From a virus (Duplodnaviria; Caudoviricetes): 64,000 nucleotides of DNA. Where the stretch lies: positions 1 through 64,000 of IMG/VR virus record IMGVR_UViG_3300017909_003066; one strand, 5' to 3'. The notes beneath the pieces were generated by a model. That model saw only the letters and a program-made list of their open reading frames with translations, made no database searches and had not been told where the DNA came from. A program made the position numbers and the translations under genes. This document shows positions 56,108 to 64,000 of this stretch, one piece after another. Numbering within the stretch: position 1 is the stretch's first letter; each line of letters starts with the position of its first letter.

Positions 56108-56823
56108 TAGTCATCCTGCGTAATATCTATTTCAGCGTCATCTCCACTTGTAGTCAACTGTAACTTGTTATCATACAAACCACTTTGTGTGATATTGATT
56201 ACTCCACCGTCACCTGTGTGACTGTGTGTTAGTGAATGTCCATTTACATCACCGTTGTCATTTATATCATAAACGGCAGTGTTTCCAGTTAATCCACTTG
56301 AGTTTGAAATATCAATGTCAGCATCAGCATTTTGACCGTCTACAGTTAGTGTTACTGTTTCAGCGGCCGCTGATGTAATATCCATTGTACCTACAAAGTT
56401 CACTGCATCTGCATTTTCACCTATGCTAACAACAACTGTTGCTGAACTTCCTGTTACATCAATACTCATACTAACAGTTTCACAATTTCCTGATCCTGCT
56501 GTACCTGTACTATCACAAAGTAATGCTACGTTGTTTGAGTTACCTGTTAAATCAATGTTACCTGTATAAGTGTCACCATTGATTATTGCAGAAACAACGT
56601 TAGAGTTACCTACTTGGTCTATATTAAAGGTCATAGTATCACCTGTCAATTGTATTGCTGTGCTACTAGTACCTGCTACGTTGTTTTGTCCGTCTTGCGT
56701 TATATCTAAGTCTAAGTCATCGCCTGATTGCGTAATGTAAATATCATTCGCCAATACAGGGGTAACAAGGCTTAACGAAGATAGTAAGAACAATCCGTAC
56801 ATGAATGTTTTAAATTTATTCAT
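56107..56823 (-). CDS. Curlin-like secreted beta-solenoid protein
   Basis: Signal peptide; NDIYITQSGDDLDLDITQDGQNN nearly identical to the start of the 53998 protein; Q-x-G-x-x-N repeats. Confidence 0.75.
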   Translation of the reverse strand: MNKFKTFMYGLFLLSSLSLVTPVLANDIYITQSGDDLDLDITQDGQNNVAGTSSTAIQLTGDTMTFNIDQVGNSNVVSAIINGDTYTGNIDLTGNSNNVALLCDSTGTAGSGNCETVSMSIDVTGSSATVVVSIGENADAVNFVGTMDITSAAAETVTLTVDGQNADADIDISNSSGLTGNTAVYDINDNGDVNGHSLTHSHTGDGGVINITQSGLYDNKLQLTTSGDDAEIDITQDD

Positions 56824-56834
56824 TCTCGCTCCTT

Positions 56835-57665
56835 TTATTTGTTAGGACCTTTATGAAGTGTGATTTTATCATCTTTAAACTTCCAAAGGCCTTTTGTTTC
56901 CCCTTCTTTAACTAATTGCAATATAGCGGCCTCAATTGCGGCCCTAACTGCGTAATTGGTAGGTTCATTTACTGCGGCACCAGTCTCTATTTCTAAAGCC
57001 TTAGTACCTAAGTCCAAAAACCTGAACACATCTGCTCCAGACTTGTAACTTGCTATCGTTTTTTCAGTTGCCACGCTCAACAAAACTTCTCCTGTTTGTA
57101 CACTAACGATTCGCATTGCCACTGTTACCTGATCGGTTCTGTAGGTTTTATTTGCTCCAATACCAAAATATCTTGCTCCTACTCCCCCGCTAGTTGTATT
57201 AGAATCGTAGCCAACTACTCCACCCTCTAATAACAATCCAGCAAATAACATTGGTTTTAATTTTACTGGTTCTTTTTCATATACTTCCCTTGTCGACCTA
57301 ATTAATTGCCTTTCCTTAACTAAATTATCTAGACCCACTCTTTCTACAACAGTGAACCATGTGCCTTTTCCTGCCTTTTGAAGTGCATTAATAACCCACA
57401 CTTCAGAACCTTGAGTAACTGCACTGCTTAATTGAGAAAACTTATCATTTGGTTTTCTCTGGCCCGTTTTATCAAGAAAACTATAAACAGCAATAGTAAT
57501 CTTTGGACCGTCTAGCACGGGTAATGATTCTAACTTATTCACTAATGGAGTTGTTGCTTTAACTGGCTCGCTCCATTCTGTGTTAGACATCGTTGCCGCA
57601 CAACCATTTAACAGTAATGCAAAAACAATCCCGGTGAATACTTTAACACAATTAGTTTTTCTCAT
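56835..57665 (-). CDS. csgG: Curli secretion pore lipoprotein CsgG
   Basis: LNGC lipobox; AVYSFLDKTGQRK, SSAVTQG, WF-VVER-GL-NL-KERQLIR, EGGVVGYD. Confidence 0.93.
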   Translation of the reverse strand: MRKTNCVKVFTGIVFALLLNGCAATMSNTEWSEPVKATTPLVNKLESLPVLDGPKITIAVYSFLDKTGQRKPNDKFSQLSSAVTQGSEVWVINALQKAGKGTWFTVVERVGLDNLVKERQLIRSTREVYEKEPVKLKPMLFAGLLLEGGVVGYDSNTTSGGVGARYFGIGANKTYRTDQVTVAMRIVSVQTGEVLLSVATEKTIASYKSGADVFRFLDLGTKALEIETGAAVNEPTNYAVRAAIEAAILQLVKEGETKGLWKFKDDKITLHKGPNK

Positions 57666-57668
57666 AAG

Positions 57669-58127
57669 TTAGAACCCAAATCCGCTCAATGGAACAATAA
57701 TTTCTGTAAATGTTCCATCTTCTTCAGTAATTTGTACGGTTATTGTATCAGTGGTGACATCTTTGATCCAATAAATGGTAGCACCTTCTATTTCTGCGGT
57801 ACCTGTCAAAGCGCCAGTATCACTGAACATATTATCAACCATTTGTTTACTGAGTTGAGCATAGATTCTAGATTCTACATTAGATAAAAACTTCGCTAAG
57901 GTTGTGCCTTCAGCCTCACGTTGTTTTCGCCTTGCTTCTGATTCTGCTTTTTCCTCAGCGTCCTTTTTCCTAGTGAACTGAAGTTGCTCGATGCTCAGTA
58001 CGTGGTTGCTATACCCCTGTCCACTAAAACTAGGATTTTTGAATTCAAAAACTTCGTCTGCAAGAGTAACAGTAGACAAGAAGGCAGTCAAGACAAATGT
58101 CAGTAAAATACTATTAAATTTACACAA
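57669..58127 (-). CDS. csgF: Curli assembly factor CsgF
   Basis: Signal peptide, then FEFKNPSFSG; C-terminal 'ITEEDGTFTEIIVP'; directly upstream of csgG. Confidence 0.85.
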   Translation of the reverse strand: MCKFNSILLTFVLTAFLSTVTLADEVFEFKNPSFSGQGYSNHVLSIEQLQFTRKKDAEEKAESEARRKQREAEGTTLAKFLSNVESRIYAQLSKQMVDNMFSDTGALTGTAEIEGATIYWIKDVTTDTITVQITEEDGTFTEIIVPLSGFGF

Positions 58128-58205
58128 GATCTCGCTCTCCCACTAATACACTGTTATTTACCGTTCAATGAGTTTTCATTAAATACAATTACTCGTATCA
58201 CAGTC

Positions 58206-58228
58206 TTTACAGTATTATTTACTGTAAA
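58206..58228. promoter_or_regulatory. Perfect 9-bp inverted repeat between divergent csgF and Fis-like genes
   Basis: TTTACAGTA-TTATT-TACTGTAAA. Confidence 0.5.
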
Positions 58229-58279
58229 AATTTTTACGGAAAAGTGCGTATATAATTATTGTTAATAAGGATATAACAA

Positions 58280-58552
58280 ATGGACATTATAGAGAAAGAA
58301 ACACCCGAAGAAATGGAAAAAAGAATTGCGGAGCAAGATGCTTTGTGGAACCTATTTGACGAAGTGTGGCCTAAAAATGCACCACCGCAAGTGCGAAATC
58401 TAAATGATGAAATCAATAGTTTGCAGAAGGTGTTAGTGCAACAGGCTATGTCAGATGCAAAACATAACAAAACAAAAGCCGCGGAACTTCTTCAGATCTC
58501 TAGAGAAAATCTTATTTACAAGTTAAAGAAAATCGAAGAAGAATCAGTGTAA
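58280..58552 (+). CDS. Fis/NtrC-type HTH DNA-binding protein
   Basis: LVQQAM----HNKTKAAELLQISRENLIYKLKK. Confidence 0.85.
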   Translation: MDIIEKETPEEMEKRIAEQDALWNLFDEVWPKNAPPQVRNLNDEINSLQKVLVQQAMSDAKHNKTKAAELLQISRENLIYKLKKIEEESV

Positions 58553-58615
58553 ACTAGTTTGAGAAGAAAGGGCAATTACTGACTTCCTTTATAAAGAAGT
58601 GTTCTTTTGCCCTTT

Positions 58616-59131
58616 CTAAAAGTGATGCACACTTGTTGTAAGTATATCTGCTACTTCTTCAAACAAAATAGGAGTAGCATTGATCCTTTCAACACTTACA
58701 TTGAAGTAAGACGGGTCATCAATAACGTTACTGTGCAAGTGTCCATGAATGTTGCCTTTGAATCTACCTATCTGTGTAGGGTGAACCGGAACATGTGTTA
58801 AGATAAACCCTTTGTATTCAAAAGCGCCTCTGATATCTTTGAAGTGTTTTGCGTAATCCTTCAAATCAAACAGATCATGGTTACCTTTTATAAGCACTTT
58901 TTTTCCGTTAAGTTTATCTAAAATAGACAAACTTTTTCTAGGAAATGCAACGTCTCCCAAATGGTAGACTTTATCTTCAGGTGCCACAATACTGTTCCAT
59001 CTGTCAATCATTACTTGATCACCAGTCGCAGAATCAGTTGCCCATGGACGTATTCTATCACCGTTACTGTCAGTAAAGGTGTATACGGCATCATGACCAA
59101 AATGTGTGTCACTAATTAAAAACCTACGCAT
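58616..59131 (-). CDS. Calcineurin-like metallophosphoesterase
   Basis: ISDTHFGH, YHLGDV, KGNHD, NIHGHLH. Confidence 0.9.
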   Translation of the reverse strand: MRRFLISDTHFGHDAVYTFTDSNGDRIRPWATDSATGDQVMIDRWNSIVAPEDKVYHLGDVAFPRKSLSILDKLNGKKVLIKGNHDLFDLKDYAKHFKDIRGAFEYKGFILTHVPVHPTQIGRFKGNIHGHLHSNVIDDPSYFNVSVERINATPILFEEVADILTTSVHHF

Positions 59132-59132
59132 A

Positions 59133-59351
59133 TCATTCCTCAATTATAAAATTGTTATCATCTTGTAAATGCACCCAACGACCATCAAAATCACCTTTAT
59201 CTGTTTTGTGTTCGCTACGTAACAACATTGCAGGAGCACCGTTAAATAGTCCAAGATGCTTGACTACCCAACGTTCGCCATGTTGGTGAATGCGATTCTT
59301 CCCATGTCTAGTTTTACCTTTTAAAACTACTGTATCATTTACCTCCGGCAT
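59133..59351 (-). CDS. Hypothetical protein
   Basis: Start moved to MPEVND, clear of tRNA-Trp. Confidence 0.6.
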   Translation of the reverse strand: MPEVNDTVVLKGKTRHGKNRIHQHGERWVVKHLGLFNGAPAMLLRSEHKTDKGDFDGRWVHLQDDNNFIIEE

Positions 59352-59369
59352 TTGCCTACCTTTCAATTT

Positions 59370-59443
59370 TGGCAGAGGACCAAGGAATTGAACCCTGTCT
59401 TGCTGGGTTGGAGCCAGCCGTGCTACCGTAACACTTGTCCCCT
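59370..59443 (-). tRNA. tRNA-Trp(CCA)
   Basis: GCTGG-CTCCAAC-CCAGC, G73, encoded CCA; atypical A at position 8; TTGACA-N17-TATACT promoter upstream. Confidence 0.88.
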
Positions 59444-59535
59444 GTAAATTCATTATAAAACCCTCTACAATCTTTATTGTCTATACAGTATAGTATATAA
59501 CAATAAACTTGTCAACCGTTTTTTGGAAATTATTT

Positions 59536-60165
59536 TTAGATATATTGCGGGCCTAATGCCCAAACTACAAGACTTTTACGTGTACCAGATGTAACAGGAT
59601 GTACGCAATGTGGTATAATAGAACTGAAAATAACCATATCTCCAATTCCTCCTAGTTTTACAACTTCAGTTTTTCGTTCATTGTGTTCCATACCACCATC
59701 AAGTTCAAAATCACCGCCTTCATATTCACTAGGATCATTCATTAGTATTGTAGCACTTAACTTTCTTAATTTGCCAGGAAATTGTGTATCATCGCCATAC
59801 GGCCAAGGATGTGCATCATAGTGCCAATCATAGTGTCCATTTTCATGTCCGTGGTATATTGTGTATTGGCAAGGTTCAAATTGATCTATCCTTAGTTTCC
59901 ATTGACATTCATCATTCGCAGTAATAAACATTTGTTGAAGTCTTTCGAATACCCAAGGCTCTTCAAAGAACCATAAATCACTTCTTCTTATGTCTGCGTT
60001 TGGAATTCCACTAAATGTTTCCTCTTGGGCAGGATCTTTTGTTTGAAACCCTGTCATGCCACGTTGATTGTAGCCTTTAGTTTGTGCTATTTTTTCTATT
60101 TCTTTACACTCTTCTGGTGTAAAAACTTTTAGATATGTTTGAAATAATATAGGTGAGTTAAGCAT
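59536..60165 (-). CDS. 2OG-Fe(II) oxygenase (prolyl-4-hydroxylase-like)
   Basis: YDWHYD (HxD), RKLS, YEGGDF, HCVHPVTSGTRKSLVVW. Confidence 0.9.
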   Translation of the reverse strand: MLNSPILFQTYLKVFTPEECKEIEKIAQTKGYNQRGMTGFQTKDPAQEETFSGIPNADIRRSDLWFFEEPWVFERLQQMFITANDECQWKLRIDQFEPCQYTIYHGHENGHYDWHYDAHPWPYGDDTQFPGKLRKLSATILMNDPSEYEGGDFELDGGMEHNERKTEVVKLGGIGDMVIFSSIIPHCVHPVTSGTRKSLVVWALGPQYI

Positions 60166-60201
60166 GACAGTAGTTATCTTGCCATGCTTAACCCTTATAA
60201 G

Positions 60202-60483
60202 TTATTGAGTAAATGCTTGTTTAATTTTTGTAAACAAGTTACCTATCTGAGTTTTGTTTCTTGCAAATTGATCTTTGCTGTTTTGCCAACTCTCTTTTTG
60301 ATAGGCTTTGATATCTATCCATTCGTTCTGCAAATGTGTAGAAACCTTTGCAGGAATCTCACTAATTGTTTTTGCAGTTTGTTCTAATGTAACAGTCTTC
60401 TCTTCAGCACTAACTGGCTTAACCATATATGCTACGAACACAATTACTAATATTAGTAATCCTCTTCCAAGATGTCTATTCAT
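60202..60483 (-). CDS. Secreted/membrane-anchored hypothetical protein
   Basis: Signal-like N-terminus; GAGGA SD. Confidence 0.6.
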   Translation of the reverse strand: MNRHLGRGLLILVIVFVAYMVKPVSAEEKTVTLEQTAKTISEIPAKVSTHLQNEWIDIKAYQKESWQNSKDQFARNKTQIGNLFTKIKQAFTQ

Positions 60484-60508
60484 TTTTTCCTCTCATTGTT
60501 TTTGTTTT

Positions 60509-60585
60509 TGGCCTGCCTGGGAGGATTCGAACCACCGACCTCAAGTTCCGCAAACTTGCGTTCTATCCAACTGAACTACAGGCAG
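60509..60585 (-). tRNA. tRNA-Arg(GCG)
   Basis: CAAGT-TTGCGGA-ACTTG, A20 in D-loop, encoded CCA; TTGACA-N16-TATACT directly upstream. Confidence 0.9.
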
Positions 60586-60639
60586 ATAGTGTTAGTATAT
60601 AACATTTTGGAAAATTGTCAACCGGTGGTTTTACCAATT

Positions 60640-60846
60640 CTAATCGAAATATTTGTTTAGCATTTCCAATCTATCATGGGCCGTTGCCATTTTATCCAAT
60701 TCTTTTTGGATAGTTTCAATAATATCCGAATGTTCTCCAATGCCTACAACCTGTTGCATATAAACTTCTATGTTTGCTTTATGCAACTCAATTTCTGCTT
60801 CAGCATGTTTTTTAGCGGCTAATATTAAAGTTTGTTTCAATGTCAT
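60640..60846 (-). CDS. Small hypothetical phage protein (VGIGEHSDI motif)
   Basis: Start moved to MTLKQ, clear of tRNA-Thr. Confidence 0.7.
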   Translation of the reverse strand: MTLKQTLILAAKKHAEAEIELHKANIEVYMQQVVGIGEHSDIIETIQKELDKMATAHDRLEMLNKYFD

Positions 60847-60861
60847 AATCCTTCCTTTATG

Positions 60862-60936
60862 TGGTGCTGGCGGAGAGAATCGAACTCCCAACCTACTGAT
60901 TACAAATCAGTTGCTCTACCGTTGAGCCACGCCAGC
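60862..60936 (-). tRNA. tRNA-Thr(TGT)
   Basis: ACTGA-TTTGTAA-TCAGT, encoded CCA. Confidence 0.94.
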
Positions 60937-60993
60937 ACATTAATAGTCTATTGTACTTATTTTAAATTAAAAAGTTAATCTTTTGTTTGGAGA

Positions 60994-62043
60994 TTATGCT
61001 TTACTTTTTAGCATACTGAGTTGTGCATATACTTCGGAAGGTCTTGCTTGACTTGGTATTGCACTGATTGAAAAGGATCCTAATTGTCCAGAATTTCTTA
61101 AATTTGCAAAATCAGTACCGTCTTTCATTACTGCATATTTTCCATGTGTAAAGTTAATGGCTAAACAAATATCCCAACCATATGCTCTTTTATACTCATT
61201 GAAATTTGCAACTGCATAATCTAATTCTGCTTTTTCTGGATTATCTTGCATACAAGCATTTACCATTTCGGCAGGTTGTTTGAATATTCCACTATACCAT
61301 TTTGTAAGTAAATCTTGTCTTTGTTTTTTCTTAGTTGCATCATTAAGTGGTAAATCTACTGCAAGATATCTAACTAAATTTTTAACACTTAACGTTTTTG
61401 CTTTATTTTGAATATGATCAGCAACACTAGGTAATACACTCCAATACTTCACAGCATCTTCTCTTCTAGGGCCGCCATCACCTAATCTACCACCACCTGT
61501 ACTCATTTCTGCTTTAACTTCAATACGTCCGGCACCTACTACATCTAAGTCACCTTCTTCTGTCCTTAGAGTAACACTTTTACTCATCATAGCCATACCA
61601 TATTCGCCTGGACCTTTTTGAAGTTTTCCTGCTCCTACTTCAGCAAGTGCAGTGTAAACTTTTGTAGCAGTTTCGTCACCGTTAAAGAGTGCTGATAAAG
61701 GGCCTGCACCTACAGTTTTAAATGCTGATGGATTTACAACATTTCCTTTTGCTAACTTATCTAAAAATGCATTTATTTTTTTATAGTCACTATCAACATG
61801 AAAAATTAGTTGTGTAATTTTTTGTATTAAAGGTTGAATGTTAAAATTATCGTCTGCTGTCGTAATATTAAATGTTTGAGCAATTTTATCTTTAATATCA
61901 CCTTGATTAAGGATCTTGTAAATCTTATCAATTAACTGAGCGTCTTGTTCATTGTCAGCAGTCAACCCACTTACAACAGTAATAATGTTCTGTTGTGCAG
62001 TTTTTACGTCAGTGTATTCTCTTAAAAATTCTAAGGCTCTCAT
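60994..62043 (-). CDS. Hypothetical protein with PD-(D/E)xK-like motif, possible internal head protein
   Basis: Start moved to MRALEFLRE after TAAATA; GPGE...GDL...IEVK. Confidence 0.6.
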   Translation of the reverse strand: MRALEFLREYTDVKTAQQNIITVVSGLTADNEQDAQLIDKIYKILNQGDIKDKIAQTFNITTADDNFNIQPLIQKITQLIFHVDSDYKKINAFLDKLAKGNVVNPSAFKTVGAGPLSALFNGDETATKVYTALAEVGAGKLQKGPGEYGMAMMSKSVTLRTEEGDLDVVGAGRIEVKAEMSTGGGRLGDGGPRREDAVKYWSVLPSVADHIQNKAKTLSVKNLVRYLAVDLPLNDATKKKQRQDLLTKWYSGIFKQPAEMVNACMQDNPEKAELDYAVANFNEYKRAYGWDICLAINFTHGKYAVMKDGTDFANLRNSGQLGSFSISAIPSQARPSEVYAQLSMLKSKA

Positions 62044-62054
62044 AACAAATATAT

Positions 62055-62747
62055 TTATTTTATCTTTGGAAATAAAGCATCTGTGCAAAATAGTTCAACA
62101 TCTGCTTCAGCAAGTCCTAATGACTTCATTACACGTGGTGTATGCGGGTTTTGTTGCTGATTATGACAGTAGTAGTTTTGTGCTCCAGTAATCATATCAA
62201 TTGTGCTATTACCTGTATATTCTCCAACACTATCAAACCATACATCTAAGTTTGATAATGCAAGATCGATAATAGTATCTGCTTCTTCGTCTGTGTTGAC
62301 ATTACTAGCCGCAATCATACTAGGTGTAAAAATGTTAGTTGCCCATTCTGGTAACTCACGTTTTTTACTAGGTACATAATCTGCTACTGCTTCTTCATAC
62401 CATTTTACCATAGGATGATCAGAATCTGGACTAGGTGAAAAATCATGAAATGCACCTGTCATTTTGTTTTTACCAGCAATTACGTCAAATCCATATATTG
62501 GAGCATCATTTGTAAGCACAGGAAAACAACATACATGCATCATCCACAAACCCTTAGATTCACGTACATCAACAACATCGATGTGCATTCTACGAACATC
62601 TTTGTTTGCCCATACTCTATTCAACCAACCGTTTTCAGGTTGATTAAACTGTGCCATTAATGGCTCGTTAATTTCTTCGCCTCTTTCATCAAAAATTTCT
62701 ATAATTTTATCTTGACATTCAATTAACTTATTCCAAATTCTACTCAT
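62055..62747 (-). CDS. pcyX: Ferredoxin-dependent bilin reductase, PcyX-type
   Basis: W-NR-W, RRMHIDVVD, GLWMMH-C-FP, PIYGFDVIAG, GAFHDFSP, RELPEWA--IF, Q--YC--Q-QNPHT; follows heme oxygenase. Confidence 0.88.
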   Translation of the reverse strand: MSRIWNKLIECQDKIIEIFDERGEEINEPLMAQFNQPENGWLNRVWANKDVRRMHIDVVDVRESKGLWMMHVCCFPVLTNDAPIYGFDVIAGKNKMTGAFHDFSPSPDSDHPMVKWYEEAVADYVPSKKRELPEWATNIFTPSMIAASNVNTDEEADTIIDLALSNLDVWFDSVGEYTGNSTIDMITGAQNYYCHNQQQNPHTPRVMKSLGLAEADVELFCTDALFPKIK

Positions 62748-63282
62748 TACTTAATTCCTTGAATAATTCTGTTGCAAATTCAAAACACTTGATTGCTTCG
62801 CCAACAAATATTTCTTCTTTGCCTTCTAATCTACTTCTTACTTTTGCAATTAATTCTTTTTCTTTCCCATCAAATTTATAATAGTGTCCTTCTCCTGGTA
62901 CACGTCGAGCAATCATTTGTCCACCATGAAGATCACCAAAGTGTCGGACATAGATATGAGCAAGTAATAAAATAGGTTTAAAATTGTAAAGATGATGTAC
63001 CCAATTCGTATACTTAATTGCAGATTTCTTTATTATAAAACCACCGTACATCAGTTGATCGATATCTTTTTTAATAGCATCTGCCCTACATATATCTTCA
63101 ATGCCATCTAAAATTCCTGCCTTTTTTGCCCAGCGTTCTAGTGCTTCATAAATGATATATTGATTTGCAAGATACTCAGCATAACTCTCATCAGTAAGTT
63201 CACCTTTGAGTAACTTTCTAGCAAAGTTTTGACGTTCTGCGTTTTTGTGAAAATCCCATGTCAGTTCTTTAAGAGTAGCCAT
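62740..63282 (-). CDS. hemO: Heme oxygenase
   Basis: LKELT---HKNAE (proximal His), AHIYVRHFGDLHGGQMI; TAAATA 5 nt before ATG. Confidence 0.92.
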   Translation of the reverse strand: MATLKELTWDFHKNAERQNFARKLLKGELTDESYAEYLANQYIIYEALERWAKKAGILDGIEDICRADAIKKDIDQLMYGGFIIKKSAIKYTNWVHHLYNFKPILLLAHIYVRHFGDLHGGQMIARRVPGEGHYYKFDGKEKELIAKVRSRLEGKEEIFVGEAIKCFEFATELFKELSNE

Positions 63283-63298
63283 GCAGATATTTACCTAA

Positions 63299-63922
63299 CT
63301 AGGCTTGTTCCCAAAAATTTATGTTTCCACTTACTGATATTCTATAATCGTCGCTTGTGTAAAAAGGATATACTGCGTGAGGCATAGCACTAGGAAACAT
63401 ACAAATCTTTCCGTTGAATGTTTTATCTGCTGGTATTGGCAATGTTGTATGTTCTCCTAAAATATTTGCATATGAAAATTCAAAGTGTCCTGCTAAATTG
63501 TTATTGCTTTTAGACCCAGGACCATATGCCATTTCATCTTCAATACTATATGGAACATTTAACCATATTACAAAACTCCATAAACCTGTATGTTGATGCA
63601 CTGGGTTGAATTCATATTTTTTTTGAAAGTTCATCCAAAATCCTTTCAACACTATTTTGCCATTTGAAATGAATCTTGGTTTATAATTAGGAAATTCGTT
63701 TTTGTAATGTTTAGCAACTTGTAGTAAGAAAGGTTCGCAGTCTTGTTTTAAATCGCTTATATCATATTCATGTCGTATATTGCCAGCAAGGTTTTTATTG
63801 TACTCTTGCCCTTGAGTAAAGTTACTTTTTAAAGCATCTGCCTTTGCTTGTAATTTGTTTATAATTTCTTGCGGAACGTCTGCAATAACATAACCTAAGT
63901 TGCTAGGAAGAAAACTGTTCAT
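63299..63922 (-). CDS. Putative 2OG-Fe(II) oxygenase
   Basis: WMNFQKKYEFNPVHQH, SFVIW, FPS--PHAVYPFY, RISVSGN. Confidence 0.8.
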   Translation of the reverse strand: MNSFLPSNLGYVIADVPQEIINKLQAKADALKSNFTQGQEYNKNLAGNIRHEYDISDLKQDCEPFLLQVAKHYKNEFPNYKPRFISNGKIVLKGFWMNFQKKYEFNPVHQHTGLWSFVIWLNVPYSIEDEMAYGPGSKSNNNLAGHFEFSYANILGEHTTLPIPADKTFNGKICMFPSAMPHAVYPFYTSDDYRISVSGNINFWEQA

Positions 63923-64000
63923 TACGCATTTTCTATCTTAACTTGTAAAGGAAATCCGCTTTCACGTGCAAGTACACTTGTTTCAACTCCTTTTTGCTCT
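63922..64000 (-). CDS. clpS: C-terminal end of ClpS adaptor (5'-truncated by window edge)
   Basis: Hand-translated EQKGVETSVLARESGFPLQVKIENA*, matching the ClpS end (AETK...ARENEHPL). Confidence 0.7.
   Translation of the reverse strand, partial: EQKGVETSVLARESGFPLQVKIENA

Noticed and set aside
59352-60936. ORF-track 5' extensions and ORFs overlapping tRNAs (59453, 60891, 60308..60574, 60472..60660; also 44824 and 49985..50188)
   Set aside because: They run through clear tRNA cloverleafs; downstream starts have better signals.
62055-63282. Cyanophage assignment from the bilin genes
   Set aside because: The reductase is PcyX-like rather than PebS/PcyA, no psbA/hli/petF genes are present, and ClpA, FdxA and PlcP-Agt point to a heterotrophic proteobacterium.

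Overview
This is a 64-kb, AT-rich, gene-dense segment of a large tailed dsDNA phage (T4-like/jumbo myovirus), almost entirely encoded on the - strand. Gene content points to a marine heterotrophic host, probably an alphaproteobacterium (inference); there are no photosynthesis genes. It contains: a lysis cassette (GH108 endolysin, spanins, holin candidates); three large virion/tail proteins; a clamp loader and a stand-alone DnaE fragment; a protein quality-control set (ClpA, ClpP, a second ClpP-like protein, partial ClpS, deformylase, DnaJ, GroES); seven tRNAs; and many auxiliary genes (PhoH, MazG, ferredoxin, IscA, SufT, Cu/Zn SOD, UvsE, KdsA/KdsB, PMM, QueD, 2OG-Fe oxygenases, HemO+PcyX, and a CsgF/CsgG curli-like locus with FecR and a CHASE2 cyclase). 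Most striking observations: (1) a phycobiliprotein-like 'KCxRDIG' bilin-attachment motif in the 2193-aa virion protein, in a phage that carries late-expressed bilin synthesis genes, suggesting possibly pigmented virions; (2) a phage-borne plcP-agt phospholipid-to-glycolipid remodelling cassette with a Pho-box-like repeat; (3) a tRNA-Ile(UAU) whose long variable arm shows a second, GAU anticodon-like loop; (4) pervasive predicted leaderless mRNAs; (5) apparent avoidance of AGCT and GCWGC. All family calls come from motif recognition by eye; no database searches were run.
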